A stretch of DNA of 64,000 nt from Eledone cirrhosa (taxonomy: Eukaryota), in assembly GCA_964016885.1 (NCBI GenBank), contig OZ024751.1:15624001-15688000 (forward strand), in the 5' to 3' direction. The notes beneath the pieces are model-generated. The model made no database searches and had not been told where the DNA came from. It worked only from the letters and a program-made list of their open reading frames with translations. The position numbers were made by a program, and so were the translations under genes. The number at the start of each line of letters is the position of its first letter. Positions within the stretch are counted from its first letter, which is position 1. Positions 1 to 16,760 of the stretch are shown in pieces.

Positions 1-208
1 TTATCCATGTGTATGCTTGTATGTAACTATATGTTGACAGCACACCGCCCAACTGTGACTGATAGCACCCCTTATTTTTATTTTTATTTTTATTTTTATT
101 TTTACTTTTATTTTTATTTTTATTCTTATCCTCTATCGTCTATTATTACCTTTCATTCTTCAATGTCTTGGATTTGTTATTGCTTGTATGGTATGTAATT
201 AACCTTTA

Positions 209-254
209 TGCTCTGATGAGTCCCACTTATAGTGCGGATGAAACAATGTTAGCA
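209..254 (+). ncRNA. Type I hammerhead ribozyme (minimal, PLE-type)
   Basis: UGCU-CUGAUGA-GUCCCACU(UAU)AGUGCGGAU-GAAAC(AAU)GUU-AGCA. Complete core, 4-bp stem I, stem II, short stem III, GUU cleavage triplet. The island ends in (TA)n at ~404. Confidence 0.85.
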
Positions 255-400
255 AGTAAAGATATGCATATGCTATAAGCGTTCTTTGTTATTCATTTAT
301 TATATTTATTATATTACGGCTCTGTCCTCAGACATTGAGCTAACCTCATACTGCCTGCTGGATAAGTGGAGTGTTATACACCCCTGATCCTTTCCCTAGC

Positions 401-832
<432 letters not shown>

Positions 833-1157
833 TGTAGATGTTTATGTATTAATATATATGTCCAATAAAATTGGAGCAGTATTTACAACAGAAATATAAA
901 GTAATTAGAATCAATAATTAAGAATTTAAAACTTTAATTAAGCTTGTTGCACTAATTGTCGAACATATAAATAATTCAGATTAATTAATGAGTAATCAAG
1001 GCCAAATTACACTCCCCTCATATGTTGTATTACATTCAATGGAATAATTATCTATCTATGTACTTAGAAACCTAAACAATATGTAAAGATATATTATTGG
1101 GATTTTTCAGTACAAGAGACTTGAATACGAGAGTCGACTGAAAAAATTAATACACTG

Positions 1158-1752
1158 ACTAAGATACTCTCATGGAATGGCCAAATGAGGTTTATTTTTT
1201 AACATAATCCCTGGAATGGAACAATGCAGTGCAGTTATTAATAAGAAGAGCTGATATTAATGCATGCAAGATTTCACAGCCTTAGCATCAATCCTTCATA
1301 GTCAGCCTATGACGAAGATACTCTCATGGAATGGCCAAATGAGGTTTATTTATCAATATAGTCCCTGGAAAGGAACAATGCAGTTATTAATAAGAAGAGT
1401 TGAAATTAATGCATGTAAGATTTCACAGCTCTAGCATCAATCCTTCAGAGTCAACCTATGACCAAGATACTCTCATGGAATGGCCAGATGAGGTTTATTT
1501 TTCAACATAATTCCTGGAAACACACAATGCAGTTATTAATAAGAAGAGCTGATATTAATGTATGCAAGATTTCACAGCTCTAACATCATTCCTTCGTAGT
1601 CAGCCTATGACCAAAATACTCTCATAGAATGGCCAAATGAAGTTTATTTTTTAACATAATCCCTGGAATGGACCAATGCAGTTATTAATAAGAAGAGTTG
1701 AAATTAATGCATGTAAGATTTCACAGCTCTAGCACCACTCCTTCGTAGTCAA
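1158..1752. repeat. Tandem array of four ~150-bp units matching the MITE interior at 5137-5301
   Basis: Unit start AAGATACTCTCATGGAATGGCC recurs at ~1160, 1314, 1463 and 1612. The unit is the reverse complement of the MITE interior. Confidence 0.9.
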
Positions 1753-1759
1753 TCTAGTT

Positions 1760-3200
1760 TTGTATAGTCAGCAGATACAAAGGTTTGACAAGGAGGATAT
1801 TTCAGGATAATCCTTATTGCTCATTTGAAGTTACTCAAAATGATCATCCGGAGTTTAATTTAGTGTACCGGAAGCTGGCAAGATCTACTCAAAGTGTGAG
1901 ACTAGGGAAAGTAGCTATTGTATATTAGGTAATCAGACAGCTAATATGATAGTTGCCGTAGCAAAATCAAATAAGACGAAACTATTTTGCATATATGATC
2001 AGCTTGGCAGTTAAATATGAGGTCTGTTGAAAGTAAAAATCTAAGGTACATATTTTTGTTTGCAAAAGTAGTAACGGTGTGATTAAAATGTTATTCTATT
2101 TGATGGCATTTCTACCTTATTTAGAAAATGATTTACCAACAATTTCGTTGTGATTAAAGTATATGCTCCTTGAACAAGTTAATCTACAATATATAAATTA
2201 TGGCTCTATTGTGGTGAAATATAGCACCAAAAGAAGAACCAGTGGTAATAAGTATAGCTTCATAAGTATAGATTAAGCCAACCATACTTTAAGTAATGTC
2301 ATTAATAGATAAAAATAATAAAATTGGAGCACCACGTTTCTCTGGACTGCAAGAGATGAAATGGTGCAACTATCAAATAATAAATGATCGATCCTAATCC
2401 TCTGAGTTTTTCAATGCAGAAAGTTGCTTAGCTACATGAAAAGATGATTACGTATTCCATAAGAAGCGAGCTTTTGCATAACAACTCATTGAGGTACACT
2501 ATTTAAAGTTACAGCCAAACCGAGAAAAAAGAAATGCGGTGATAATTATTTTCATTGTTAAGATGAAACAACGTTTGGGGAATATATAAGCTGAGTTTAT
2601 TTGTGGTTAAGTGGCGAGGTAAATCTTCAAACTGAATTTCGGAAATAACATTAACAGAAGATAAGAAAGTTAAAATTTTGTCATTAACTAAAGGTTCTAG
2701 CATTTTTCAACGTTTGAAGTAATTGAGATAAGTTTGAAGGTATTAATGGCGGATTTACTACTTTTAATTTTATAGATTGAACACACAGCAGAAGACTTTC
2801 ATTCTGGAGGATTTATCCTTTGATTAATTGATTGATAGAATACAACAAAGTCAGCAAGGTACAGAAGCTACACAAGCTACATAGAATAGAGTTTTAGACC
2901 CAGTAGATAGGCTTAGAGCAGCTAAGCAAGCATAACATTTCTTCAATATTCTGAATGGAAAAGAAAATATCCGACAAACGTTCATCAATTTGACGATGAA
3001 GTTCAGGGAATGTTGCAGATCTGATAAAGCTTTAGCAGAAAATAATCATTAAGAAGATTAGCCTTGCTATGTAGATGTCTGGTATTAATTTAGTTATAAA
3101 CTAACGACAGACTATATGCAGAAACTTTCTGTTGTTATGTGAAACTATGGCGTTAATATGTATGTATGGACCCATATCTGGGAGCTTGTAATATATAATA
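1760..3200 (-). pseudogene. Decayed CR1/L2-type non-LTR retrotransposon RT
   Basis: Minus-strand frames read ...SAVCSIYK..SKSAINTFKLISITSNVEK / MLEPLVNDKILTFLSSVNVISEIQF...LTTNKL and KLASYGIR...LSNFL. These resemble the CR1 motifs V.PIYK.G....NYRPISLTS...K.LE...QFGF and KL..YGI.G. Many stops and frameshifts; boundaries approximate. Confidence 0.7.
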
Positions 3201-3361
3201 AAACTTTTAGTTGTAGCAATAAAAGGTAACATAAAAGTCTGAGTAACGATGATGTCTAATCTCAGCAGATATCTAATTTTATTATTGTCACTATTAACTC
3301 TGTTTCAAGCATCGAGTACCTTTCTCTTGCGTTTAACTTCTCTCTCTCTCTATCCGCCCCC

Positions 3362-3689
<328 letters not shown>

Positions 3690-3873
3690 ACAGGGAGAAA
3701 GAGACGATTATTAGGAAGAAAAATATATTTTTTTCCCGTTTTTGTTTCTCTCTCTCTTTTTTCTGGGTTAGAAAATGATTAAAACGAAATGTTTTACTTT
3801 GAGTGAAGTGTTAAGGTATTAGTTGATTTATTTATAGATATATAGAGAGAAGACTCCAGTACTATATATATAT

Positions 3874-4091
3874 GAAGGCGCATGGCTGAGTGGTTAGGGA
3901 ATTGGATTCACAATCTTGAGGCTGTGAGTTCGATTTCTGGACCGGGTGATTCGTTATGTCCTTGAGCAAGACACTTTATTTCACGTTGCTCCTTCTACCT
4001 GGAGTTGCGACCGATAGATAGTACTAGCAACTGGAAAGACCGACGAAAACATTGTTTCCTCGGTCCGATTTGACGAAAGTCGATCGATCCA
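3874..4091 (+). mobile_element. tRNA-derived CORE-type SINE
   Basis: A box TGGCTGAGTGG, B box GAGTTCGATT, CORE-like TCCTTGAGCAAGACACTT. Sister copies at 7750-8005 and 33165-33342. Confidence 0.85.
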
Positions 4092-4274
4092 TTATATATA
4101 TATATATATATATATATATGGACCCGTAATTCCAGGAAGAGTCGGGGGGTTGGCGTTGTAACATACGGCATTACTTGAACATTTTAAACCTGGCGGAGCT
4201 CATCACCCCTCCAAGTCTGAATAAGCTAAACTCATCCAGAGAAAGCGAATGAGAGAGAGAGAGAGAGAGAGAGA

Positions 4275-4400
4275 AGACTCCAGTACTGAACTGGTACTTT
4301 TTTACATTTCGAAAAGATGAAAAGCATGGTTCATCTCAGCAGAATTTGAACTCAGGGCGCAGAGATCCGGGATCAATGACTCTGTTAATTCGCCAGCTGT
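4275..4400 (-). mobile_element. Nin/Deu-domain SINE fragment
   Basis: Reverse complement of GAGTTCAAATTC...GCTTTTCATCTTTTCG...AAAAGTACCAG, as in the copies at 52495-52945. Confidence 0.7.
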
Positions 4401-5136
4401 GGCGTTAATATACTTATAAACTAATGGCAGAATAAAGTGGAACATTTTCATCCCGATAACTGGTGGCAATTTTTACACGGAAACCAAAAAAACCACCAAA
4501 AAACCCAGAAAACCCCAAACCAAAACACAAAAAAACAGAACAAGGAATAGAGTCATTGAATATAACATAAACCCGCAGCTGTTGTCTAGAAGGTAGAAGC
4601 TGTTTAATTTGTCACATACATATTTCTTTGCTAGCTTTTAATTTAGAAAAGCAATTATCTTGCTGTTTCGTTTAGGTATTAATCGGAAATGTCATCTGTG
4701 CATATCAAAACAAATTGTTTTGTGATTACGCCAATGAAAGTATTAAATTCCATTTAACACACGAGAACGATTCTTTTAGGGCAATGCAGCCATTTCTATC
4801 GAATTGTATTGTGCAGATGAGTTAAAAATAATTACAGTATGATCATTAGTTGCCGTTTAGATGGATTAACGGACTTTAGCTCAATAAGTTCAGGTGAGTC
4901 TGTAATAACAAAATCGTGGTATGATGAATTAATACTCGCTAGTTATTATTTAGGAATTCATTTATTTAAATCCGTATGCAACATGGTCATTAAGAAAAAC
5001 AAGCATTAGAATTCTCTGCTCAGATGCAGCTGCAGTTTTATTTACATGTAAATGAAAGTAGATTTATAGAATAATGAGAAAAAGTCAACTAGTAAAAACA
5101 ACACGGGAGAACAATATGATTTAACGGGACTATATA

Positions 5137-5301
5137 CGAGGGTAGAGTGAAAGTTCATAAGTTGACTATGAAGGAGTGATGCTAGAGCTGTGAAATCTTA
5201 CATGCTTTAATTGCAACTCCTTTTAGTAATAACTGCATTGTTTCTTTCCAGGGACTATGTTAAAAAAATAAACCTCCTTTGGCCATTCCAGTCGATCCTC
5301 G
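5137..5301. mobile_element. Tc1/mariner-type MITE
   Basis: TA|CGAGG...CCTCG|TA ends with TA target duplication; 165 bp, non-coding. Confidence 0.75.
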
Positions 5302-5328
5302 TATTAGTTTTACGCTAGTTATACATCG

Positions 5329-5400
<72 letters not shown>

Positions 5401-5542
5401 GTAAGTAAAGAAAGAAAACAGTAGAAAAAACAAAACATTTTCAGGAGGAAAACACGTGTAGTTCATATATATATATATATACACATACATACATATATGC
5501 ATACATATACATATACATATATATATATACACGCATATATAT

Positions 5543-5592
<50 letters not shown>

Positions 5593-5691
5593 CCTCCCCC
5601 CAAAAATGCATGCGCACTTTGAATAGAATGCTGTTGAAGTGTGTATACATTTTTGGGGACACCCTGCATATATACATATATATATATATAT

Positions 5692-5788
<97 letters not shown>

Positions 5789-5860
5789 CATTATGAAGAG
5801 AGAAGAAACATTTAGATATAATTAGTAATAAAATGTATCATACCTAAACTGCTCCTAAAT

Positions 5861-5950
5861 TCCTCGACTACGTAGTTTCGTGGCATAAACAAAAACAATA
5901 TATCATAAAGATATAGAGTCCTTGCGAGGTCTGCCGACTTATCAAGAGGA
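5861..5950 (-). ncRNA. Type I hammerhead ribozyme, U3-A8 core variant, long stem II
   Basis: Minus strand UCCUC-UUGAUAA-GUCGGCA...(59-nt stem II domain)...UGCCAC-GAAACUACGUAGUC-GAGGA. 5-bp stem I, palindromic stem III, GUC triplet. Confidence 0.75.
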
Positions 5951-6246
5951 TACCTCATTTTACTAGTCTCAAGAACGCGTCTACACGACGTGAGAAAGAA
6001 TCCCAAAAGGCGGAGGGGGAGATAGTCACGCGATATAACGGTCGAGAAACAGAGCTAAGCCTCTTATAACCCCGAAGAAAATACCACGGAGGCGGAGGGG
6101 GTATTTATATCGAGGCCGTAGAAGAGGTGGTGAAGAAGGCGAGAAGTATGAGTAATGGAAGCTTTCCGGCTGTCCCCACACCTCAAAGATTGCTCGACCA
6201 GAGGGAGTTATTAACAATATATTTAGAAACACACAGATACATGCGG

Positions 6247-6296
<50 letters not shown>

Positions 6297-7749
6297 GGTC
6301 AGAAAAAACTTGTTCTTTAATAGAATTTCGGGCAATAAATCAATTGGCAGTTGTATAAATAACATTGCAAATATTGATGGAAATATGAAGAGAGAAAAAA
6401 AAAATGAAACCTAGCAACAAAGAGACGCGAGAGGGGTAAAGAAGAGCAGATCTGACTGTGTAGGTAAATAGGAGAAAGGGCTATAAATACCATAAAGGAG
6501 AGGAAAAGGAGGGAAATTGCTAGGACTATGAAGCTATAGAAGAAAGGGAAGAGGAGAGGGTGATTGGCTCTATGCCTGTGGCGGACAAAACTGTTTTGGT
6601 GATGAACGTTCCAGTTGTTTGACCAATTGAACAGTCTGCTCATTAAATTAACCTGAAAGTGGCTGAGCACTCCACAGAAACACAATTCTCTGGTAGTGCT
6701 TGCAACAAAGGGACCCCATCAAAGGCACTCAAGTGGTAAACTGCGGAATTAAACTGAGTGACGGATTAACTCAATTCCTGAAGTAGACCTCAGTGGAATT
6801 TGAACCCCCAAAACGTAAAAGAAAAGCAAAACAGTGTAACAAGGCTGTACAGGTACATTCCACTCAAAGGGTTTTATAAACAGTTTCCACCAAACCAATT
6901 TTTCCCGGAAGGTTTGGGTTGACCTAAGGCTAAGCTAAATGACTCTTGCCTAGGATACCAAGTAACAAGATCAAACCCGAGATCTTATGAGTGTAAAACG
7001 AACTTCTTAACTATTCAGTAATGTTGCGTCTATAGTTTGTGATAGAATTAAATCTCATTTATTTTAGTGCTATATCGATTTACCAAATTACTTCGTTGGT
7101 CAGTTGCTCATTATAGCGAGAGGTGGGGGAGAGCGGGAGAGATGGAAGCAGTGACAGTGGGAGTTTGGTTTCTTTGTGTTCAGACCTGGTGTATATGTAT
7201 GGAAAGATAGATTTTCAAATGAAGAGATGCTCGTCTGCTTAATGGAATTCAAATTAGAACATTGTGTGTGAGTTTAAAAAAAAAGATGTATTTGACAATT
7301 TCTACCAGGTGGATAGTTTCTGATGATGTTAACAGATCTTTGAACAGTGAGGTGGTGATGATGGTGGTGGGGGTAATTGACCCTTATGTAATTAAGGAAT
7401 TGGCAGCAATAGTATGGAACAGGAAGAACCCTTCAAGGTTCTTCACGATAGACACATAGACCCATTCATAGTTTAATTTGAATCCCATACAACACAAAAT
7501 TGTCAATTGTACTTGCTTCATTTTATTTAAAACCTGTATGAAGTCAGTATGCTAGAGATTTCAGATGTGGACACTCAATTAAAGACATTGTTTGAATATT
7601 TTGGGAACAGTGTACAGCATATGACGAATAGATACATCCTCACCCAAAACATTGGCCAGTCAGATTTGCAGCTTCAGTTCCAATTTCATTTTGTTAACTT
7701 TTCACCTGTAGTTTCCAGAAGTATTTCGTCGTCGCTTCTTTATCAATCG

Positions 7750-8005
7750 ACAGTCGATCGACAAGATCCCAGACCTCATTCGCTTAACGACTTGGGTGGA
7801 GCTCGTCAAATCGGACCGAGGTAACAATGTTTGCATTGGTCTTTCCAATTGCTAATACTATCGATCGGTTGCAAATCCAGGTAGAAGGAGCAACATGAAA
7901 TAAAGTGTCTTGCTCAAGGACATAACGCATCGCTCGGTCCGGGAATCAAACTCACAATCTCACAATTACGAATCCAATTATCTATCCACTCAGCCACGCG
8001 CCTTC
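7750..8005 (-). mobile_element. CORE-type SINE
   Basis: Reverse complement of the 3874-4091 family (AAGTGTCTTGCTCAAGGA; CCACTCAGCCACGCGCCTTC). Confidence 0.85.
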
Positions 8006-8751
8006 TATGTCAATACATGGCATTTATTCAGTAAATTCTAGTTAAATTATGTTTGCAATAAAAAAAAGGAAAAGAAAGAAAAAATTAAACAGTGAAAGTA
8101 AGGGGAAGGGCGAGGGAGCTGCAGATTCTTTCCCCCACTCCAAACTATGCCATAACTCTATGCGGCAAAGCATGTAGGCCTACGCTCCACCGATACTGCC
8201 AATCCATGCCAAAATAATAAATAGTATTACAGCACAATTCATCGCTGGTGAGATTATAGAAGGTAGATTCACTTAAATGATATTTCCTGGCTTCAATACT
8301 CTGGAATTGATTCATACAACGAACAATTTTATCTTCCACCTCACCGTCATCCATTAAGTACCAGTAATACAGAACCGCCCAGTTAATAAGGTATAGATTG
8401 ATCCAGCTATTACAGTATTAGCTAAGCAAACAAAATTATCTTTTCATCTGGTATAAATATCATCAACAGTTGTAAAATAGCAGAATCGGTGAGAAGTGAA
8501 GAAATAAGAAGACAGAGAAGAAGAGGAAGATGTAGAGGAGACGAAGGCGTAGGTGGAGGATGATAAAGAAAAGAAGGAGGTGGAGAGGGAGAGGAAGAGA
8601 GGTTCTGGGTGTAAATATGAGAGGGGAAAATAAGCTGTTTACATTAGACAATCTATCCAATAGTTATTTATAAACTGTACATTGATTTATTCCTGCATTC
8701 GTGTTGAAAGTGACAAATAAATCTGATAGTTTTATGTATGTTGAAAATGGT

Positions 8752-9040
8752 GACTTGTACTTCAATGGGTGGAAAATTGTATTGAGACATTGTTAGTTAT
8801 ATAACAACATATGTCAATGTTCTGATGTGAGAATCTTACAAGCTTCCTTAAAGTACCAGAGTACCAGTAATATATTGGGTTAATACCAATACCTACTTGT
8901 ACTTCAATGGGTGGAAAATTGTATTGAGACAATACAATTGTTAGTTAGTATAACAACATATGTCAATGTTCTGATCTGAGAATCTTACAACCTTCCTTAA
9001 AGTACCAGTAATATATTGGTGTTAATACCAATATCTACTC
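8752..9040. repeat. Tandem duplication, ~160-bp period
   Basis: ACTTGTACTTCAATGGGTGGAAAATTGTATTGAGACA... occurs at ~8752 and ~8915. Confidence 0.85.
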
Positions 9041-9242
9041 CATTGAACATTATACAGGGTGGCACATAAAGACCTGCCACATTCTTTATTTACATCCCTG
9101 GTGGTGGTATTTTATGTTGAGGGTGGTTGTTCTCTCACAAGTCAGCCCTGATAGAGCAAACTGATGCCCGAAGTCGTTCCATCCACGACCATCCAGGTGG
9201 AGAATAAACCACTCCACCACTTATTTTCCAGGATACTGTAAA

Positions 9243-9320
9243 TAATTGTTTCTACTTTTGCCACAAGGCCAGCAATTATCCCAGTGTATTACTGGTACTT
9301 TATTTTTTATCGACCCCGTA
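9243..9320 (-). mobile_element. Nin/Deu-domain SINE 3' fragment
   Basis: Reverse complement of ACGGGGTCGATAAAAAATAAAGTACCAG...TTGCTGGCCTTGTG...AGAAACAATT. Confidence 0.8.
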
Positions 9321-9600
9321 ATGAAAGTTTTTTCAAGAAGTAATTTTCCAGCTTCTAATGTTAGTCTTAACTGTTGCCATAAGCACAACAGGCTCATTAG
9401 CTACAGATAGTGAGGTAGTACAGCAATGGAAACAACATAGCTGTTCTCTATCAAAATAGATCGTTACTCTATTACTCTATTAGAATAGATCACCCAATCG
9501 TGAAATATGATTCCGGCGGGGACAAAACATCAGCCAAAATATTTCTGAGAGAATCTTATTACATGAAAAATAGTAACTCAAAGAAGTTCCCCTAATCCTA

Positions 9601-9696
<96 letters not shown>

Positions 9697-9788
9697 GTAA
9701 TATATATATATATATATATATGTAATATATATATATATATATATAATTTGTATGTATGTATATATATGTGTGTGTGTATGTATGTGTG

Positions 9789-9836
<48 letters not shown>

Positions 9837-9936
9837 CATATATATATGTATGTATATATATATATTGTATATATATACATACATACGTACATACATATAT
9901 ACATACATATATATGTGAAGATATATATGTGTGTGT

Positions 9937-10020
<84 letters not shown>

Positions 10021-10088
10021 ATATATATATAGAGAGAGAGAGAGGGGGGAGAGGGGGGAGATGGGGATAATGTTTTGATTGAATGCAC

Positions 10089-10175
10089 ACATCTGATGAG
10101 TAGATTGATGCTGGAGTCAAGTCTATCACATTGATTAAGCCCTAAAATCAATCTTATGTGAGACATATGTTACGT
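10089..10175 (+). ncRNA. Degenerate hammerhead-like motif
   Basis: ACAU-CUGAUGA-two hairpins-GAGACAUAUGUU-ACGU. GAAA is changed to GAGA and stem I has one mismatch. Confidence 0.4.
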
Positions 10176-10407
10176 TCAATATCGAATAAAAACATTTTAA
10201 GAGGAAACTGAAATGTAAACATTCTTTTCCCTACTATATCAAGCGTTAAACTAATATATTATTTATTGAACTGTGTTGTTTACTTTGTTGTTTCCGTTTA
10301 CTTTTTGCACCTAAAAGCCGAATTGGACGGTCAACTCTGCTTTTCATCCTTTCAAGATCGATAAAAAAAAGCACCAGTCCAGTACTGGGGTCGACTTATA
10401 CTCTAGC

Positions 10408-13400
10408 TCACTCTCTATATATACATACATGATATATATATTTCACTCTCTCTCTATATATATACATACATGATATATATATTTCACTCTCACTCTCTAT
10501 ATATATATATACATGATATATATATATTTCACACTCTCTCTCTATATATATATATACATACATGATATATATATATTTCACACTCTCTCTCTATATATAT
10601 ACATACATGATATATATATTTCACACTCTCTCTCTATATATACATACATGATATATATATTTCACTCTCTCTCTATATATATACATACATGATATATATA
10701 TTTCACTCTCTCTCTCTATATATACATACATGATATATATATTTCACTCTCACTCTCTATATATATATATACATGATATATATATATTTCACACTCTCTC
10801 TCTATATATATACATACATGATATATATATTTCGCACTCTCTCTCTATATATATACATACATGATATATATATTTCACACTCTCTCTCTATATATACATA
10901 CATGATATATATATTTCACTCTCTCTCTCTATATATACATACATGATATATATATTTCACTCTCTCTCTCTATATATACATACATGATATATATATTTCA
11001 CACTCTCTCTCTCTATATATATACATACATGATATATATATTTCACTCTCTCTCTATATATATACATACATGATATATATATATTTCACACTCTCTCTCT
11101 ATATATATATACATACATGATATATATATTTCACACTCTCTCTCTCTATATATACATACATGATATATATATATTTCACACTCTCTCTCTCTCTATATAT
11201 ATATATACATACATGATATATATATTTCACACTCTCTATATATATATATACATGATATATATATATTTCACACTCTCTCTCTATATATATACATGATATA
11301 TATATATTTCACACTCTCTCTCTCTATATATATACATACATGATATATATATTTCACACTCTCTCTCTATATATATATACATACATGATATATATATATA
11401 TTTCACACTCTCTATATATATATACATGATATATATATATTTCACACTCTCTCTCTCTATATATATATACATACATGATATATATATATTTCACACTCTC
11501 TCTCTATATATATACATACCTGATATATATATATTTCACACTCTCTCTCTCTATATATATATACATACATGATATATATATTTCACACTCTCTCTCTATA
11601 TATATACATACATGATATATATATTTCACACTCTCTCTCTATATATATACATACATGATATATATATTTCACACTCTCTCTCTCTATATATATACATACA
11701 TGATATATATATTTCACACTCTCTCTATATATATATACATACATGATATATATATATTTCACACTCTCTGTATATATATACATACATGAGATATATATTT
11801 CACACTCTCTCTCTATATATATACATACATGATATATATATTTCACACTCTCTCTCTATATATATATACATACATGATATATATATTTCACACTCTCATT
11901 CTATATATATATACATACATGATATATATATTTCACACTCTCTCTCTATATATATACATACATGATATATATATTTCACACACTCTCTCTATATATATAT
12001 ACATACATGATATATATATATTTCACACTCTCTCTCTATATATATATACATACATGATATATATATTTCACACTCTCTCTCTCTATATATACATACATGA
12101 TATATATATTTCACACTCTCTCTCTATATATATACATACATGATATATATATATTTCACACTCTCTCTCTATATATATACATACATGATATATATATATT
12201 TCACACTCTCTCTCTATATATATATACATACATGATATATATATTTCACACTCTCTCTCTCTATATATACATACATGATATATATATTTCACACACTCTC
12301 TATATATATACATACATGATATATATATATATTTCACACTCTCTATATATATACATACATGATATATATATATTTCACACTCTCTATATATATATACATG
12401 ATATATATATATATTTCACACTCTCTCTATATATATATATATACATACATGATATATATATTTCACACTCTCTCTCTATATATATACACATACATGATAT
12501 ATATATATTTCACACTCTCTCTCTCTATATATACATACATGATATATATATTTCACTCTCTCTCTCTATATATATACATACATGATATATATATTTCACT
12601 CTCTCTCTCTATATATACATACATGATATATATATTTCACTCTCTCTCTCTATATATATACATACATGATATATATATTTCACACTCTCTCTCTCTATAT
12701 ATACATACATGATATATATATTTCACTCTCTCTCTCTATATATACATACATGATATATATATTTCACACTCTCTCTATATATATATACATACATGATATA
12801 TATATTTCACACTCTCTCTCTATATATACATACATGATATATATATTTCACACTCTCTCTATATATATATACATACATGATATATATATTTCAATCTCTC
12901 TCTCTATATATACATACATGATATATATATATTTCACACTCTCTCTCTCTATATATACATACATGATATATATATTTCACTCTCTCTCTCTATATATATA
13001 TATACATACATGATATATATATATTTCACACTCTCTCTCTCTATATATACATACATGATATATATATTTCACACTCTCTCTCTCTATATATATACATACA
13101 TGATATATATATTTCACACTCTCTCTATATATATATACATACATGATATATATATATTTCACACTCTCTATATATATATACATACATGAAATATATATTT
13201 CACACTCTCTCTCAATATATATACATACATGATATATATATTTCACACTCTCTCTCTATATATATATACATACATGATATATATATTTCACACTCTCTCT
13301 CTATATATATATACATACATGATATATATATTTCACACTCTCTCTCTATATATATACATACATGATATATATATTTCACACTCTCTCTCTCTATATATAT

Positions 13401-16400
13401 ACATACATGATATATATATATTTCACACTCTCTCTCTATATATATATACATACATGATATATATATTTCACACTCTCTCTCTCTATATATACATACATGA
13501 TATATATATTTCACACGCTCTCTCTATATATATACATACATGATATATATATATTTCACACTCTCTCTCTATATATATACATACATGATATATATATATT
13601 TCACACTCTCTCTCTATATATATATACATACATGATATATATATTTCACACTCTCTCTCTCTATATATACATACATGATATATATATTTCACACACTCTC
13701 TATATATATACATACATGATATATATATATATTTCACACTCTCTATATATATACATACATGATATATATATATTTCACACTCTCTCTATATATATACATG
13801 ATATATATATATATTTCACACTCTCTCTATATATATATATATACATACATGATATATATATTTCACACACTCTCTCTCTATATATATACATACATGATAT
13901 ATATATATTTCACACTCTCTCTCTATATATATATACATACATGATATATATATTTCACACTCTCTCTCTATATATATACATACATGATATATATATATTT
14001 CACACTCTCTCTCTATATATATACATACATGATATATATATATTTCACACTCTCTCTCTATATATATATACATACATGATATATATATTTCACACTCTCT
14101 CTCTCTATATATACATACATGATATATATATTTCACACACTCTCTATATATATACATACATGATATATATATATATTTCACACTCTCTATATATACACAT
14201 ACATGATATATATATATTTCACACTCTCTATATATATATACATGATATATATATATATTTCACACTCTCTCTCTATATATATATATACATACATGATATA
14301 TATATTTCACACTCTCTCTCTCTATATATACATACATGATATATATATTTCACACTCTCTCTCTATATATATACATACATGATATATATATATTTCACAC
14401 TCTCTCTCTATATATATACATACATGATATATATATATTTCACACTCTCTCTCTATATATATATACATACATGATATATATATTTCACACTCTCTCTCTC
14501 TATATATACATACATGATATATATATTTCACACACTCTCTATATATATACATACATGATATATATATATATTTCACACTCTCTATATATATACATACATG
14601 ATATATATATATTTCACACTCTCTATATATATATACATGATATATATATATATTTCACACTCTCTCTATATATATATATATACATACATGATATATATAT
14701 TTCACACTCTCTCTCTATATATATACACATACATGATATATATATATTTCACACTCTCTCTCTCTATATATACATACATGATATATATATTTCACTCTCT
14801 CTCTCTATATATATACATACATGATATATATATTTCACTCTCTCTCTCTATATATACATACATGATATATATATTTCACTCTCTCTCTCTATATATATAC
14901 ATACATGATATATATATTTCACACTCTCTCTCTCTATATATACATACATGATATATATATTTCACTCTCTCTCTCTATATATACATACATGATATATATA
15001 TTTCACACTCTCTCTATATATATATACATACATGATATATATATTTCACACTCTCTCTCTATATATACATACATGATATATATATTTCACACTCTCTCTA
15101 TATATATATACATACATGATATATATATTTCAATCTCTCTCTCTATATATACATACATGATATATATATATTTCACACTCTCTCTCTCTATATATACATA
15201 CATGATATATATATTTCACTCTCTCTCTCTATATATATATATACATACATGATATATATATATTTCACACTCTCTCTCTCTATATATACATACATGATAT
15301 ATATATTTCACACTCTCTCTCTCTATATATATACATACATGATATATATATTTCACACTCTCTCTATATATATATACATACATGATATATATATATTTCA
15401 CACTCTCTATATATATATACATACATGAAATATATATTTCACACTCTCTCTCAATATATATACATACATGATATATATATTTCACACTCTCTCTCTATAT
15501 ATATATACATACATGATATATATATTTCACACTCTCTCTCTATATATATATACATACATGATATATATATTTCACACTCTCTCTCTATATATATACATAC
15601 ATGATATATATATTTCACACTCTCTCTCTCTATATATATACATACATGATATATATATATTTCACACTCTCTCTCTATATATATATACATACATGATATA
15701 TATATTTCACACTCTCTCTCTCTATATATACATACATGATATATATATTTCACACGCTCTCTCTATATATATACATACATGATATATATATATTTCACAC
15801 TCTCTCTCTATATATATACATACATGATATATATATATTTCACACTCTCTCTCTATATATATATACATACATGATATATATATTTCACACTCTCTCTCTC
15901 TATATATACATACATGATATATATATTTCACACACTCTCTATATATATACATACATGATATATATATATATTTCACACTCTCTATATATATACATACATG
16001 ATATATATATATTTCACACTCTCTCTATATATATACATGATATATATATATATTTCACACTCTCTCTATATATATATATATACATACATGATATATATAT
16101 TTCACACACTCTCTCTCTATATATATACATACATGATATATATATATTTCACACTCTCTCTCTATATATATATACATACATGATATATATATTTCACACT
16201 CTCTCTCTATATATATACATACATGATATATATATATTTCACACTCTCTCTCTATATATATACATACATGATATATATATATTTCACACTCTCTCTCTAT
16301 ATATATATACATACATGATATATATATTTCACACTCTCTCTCTCTATATATACATACATGATATATATATTTCACACACTCTCTATATATATACATACAT

Positions 16401-16760
16401 GATATATATATATATTTCACACTCTCTATATATACACATACATGATATATATATATTTCACACTCTCTATATATATATACATGATATATATATATATTTC
16501 ACACTCTCTCTCTATATATATATATACATACATGATATATATATTTCACACTCTCTCTCTCTCTATATATATATACATACATGATATATATATATTTCAC
16601 ACTCTCTATATATACATACATGATATATATATATTTCACACTCTCTCTATATATATATATACATACATGATATATATATTTCACACTCTCTCTCTCTATA
16701 TATATACATACATGATATATATATATTTCACACTCTCTCTATATATATACATACATGATA
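10408..16760. repeat. Compound-microsatellite satellite, ~40-46-bp unit (CT)n(AT)nACATACATG(AT)nTTTCACA, with a 2239-bp higher-order duplication
   Basis: Direct reading. Identical ORF translations recur at an offset of 2239 (12097/14336, 12666/14905, 13229/15468). Confidence 0.97.

Noticed and set aside
3874-3950. tRNA gene
   Set aside because: The A/B boxes run into a CORE domain and recur in multiple copies, so this is a SINE head.
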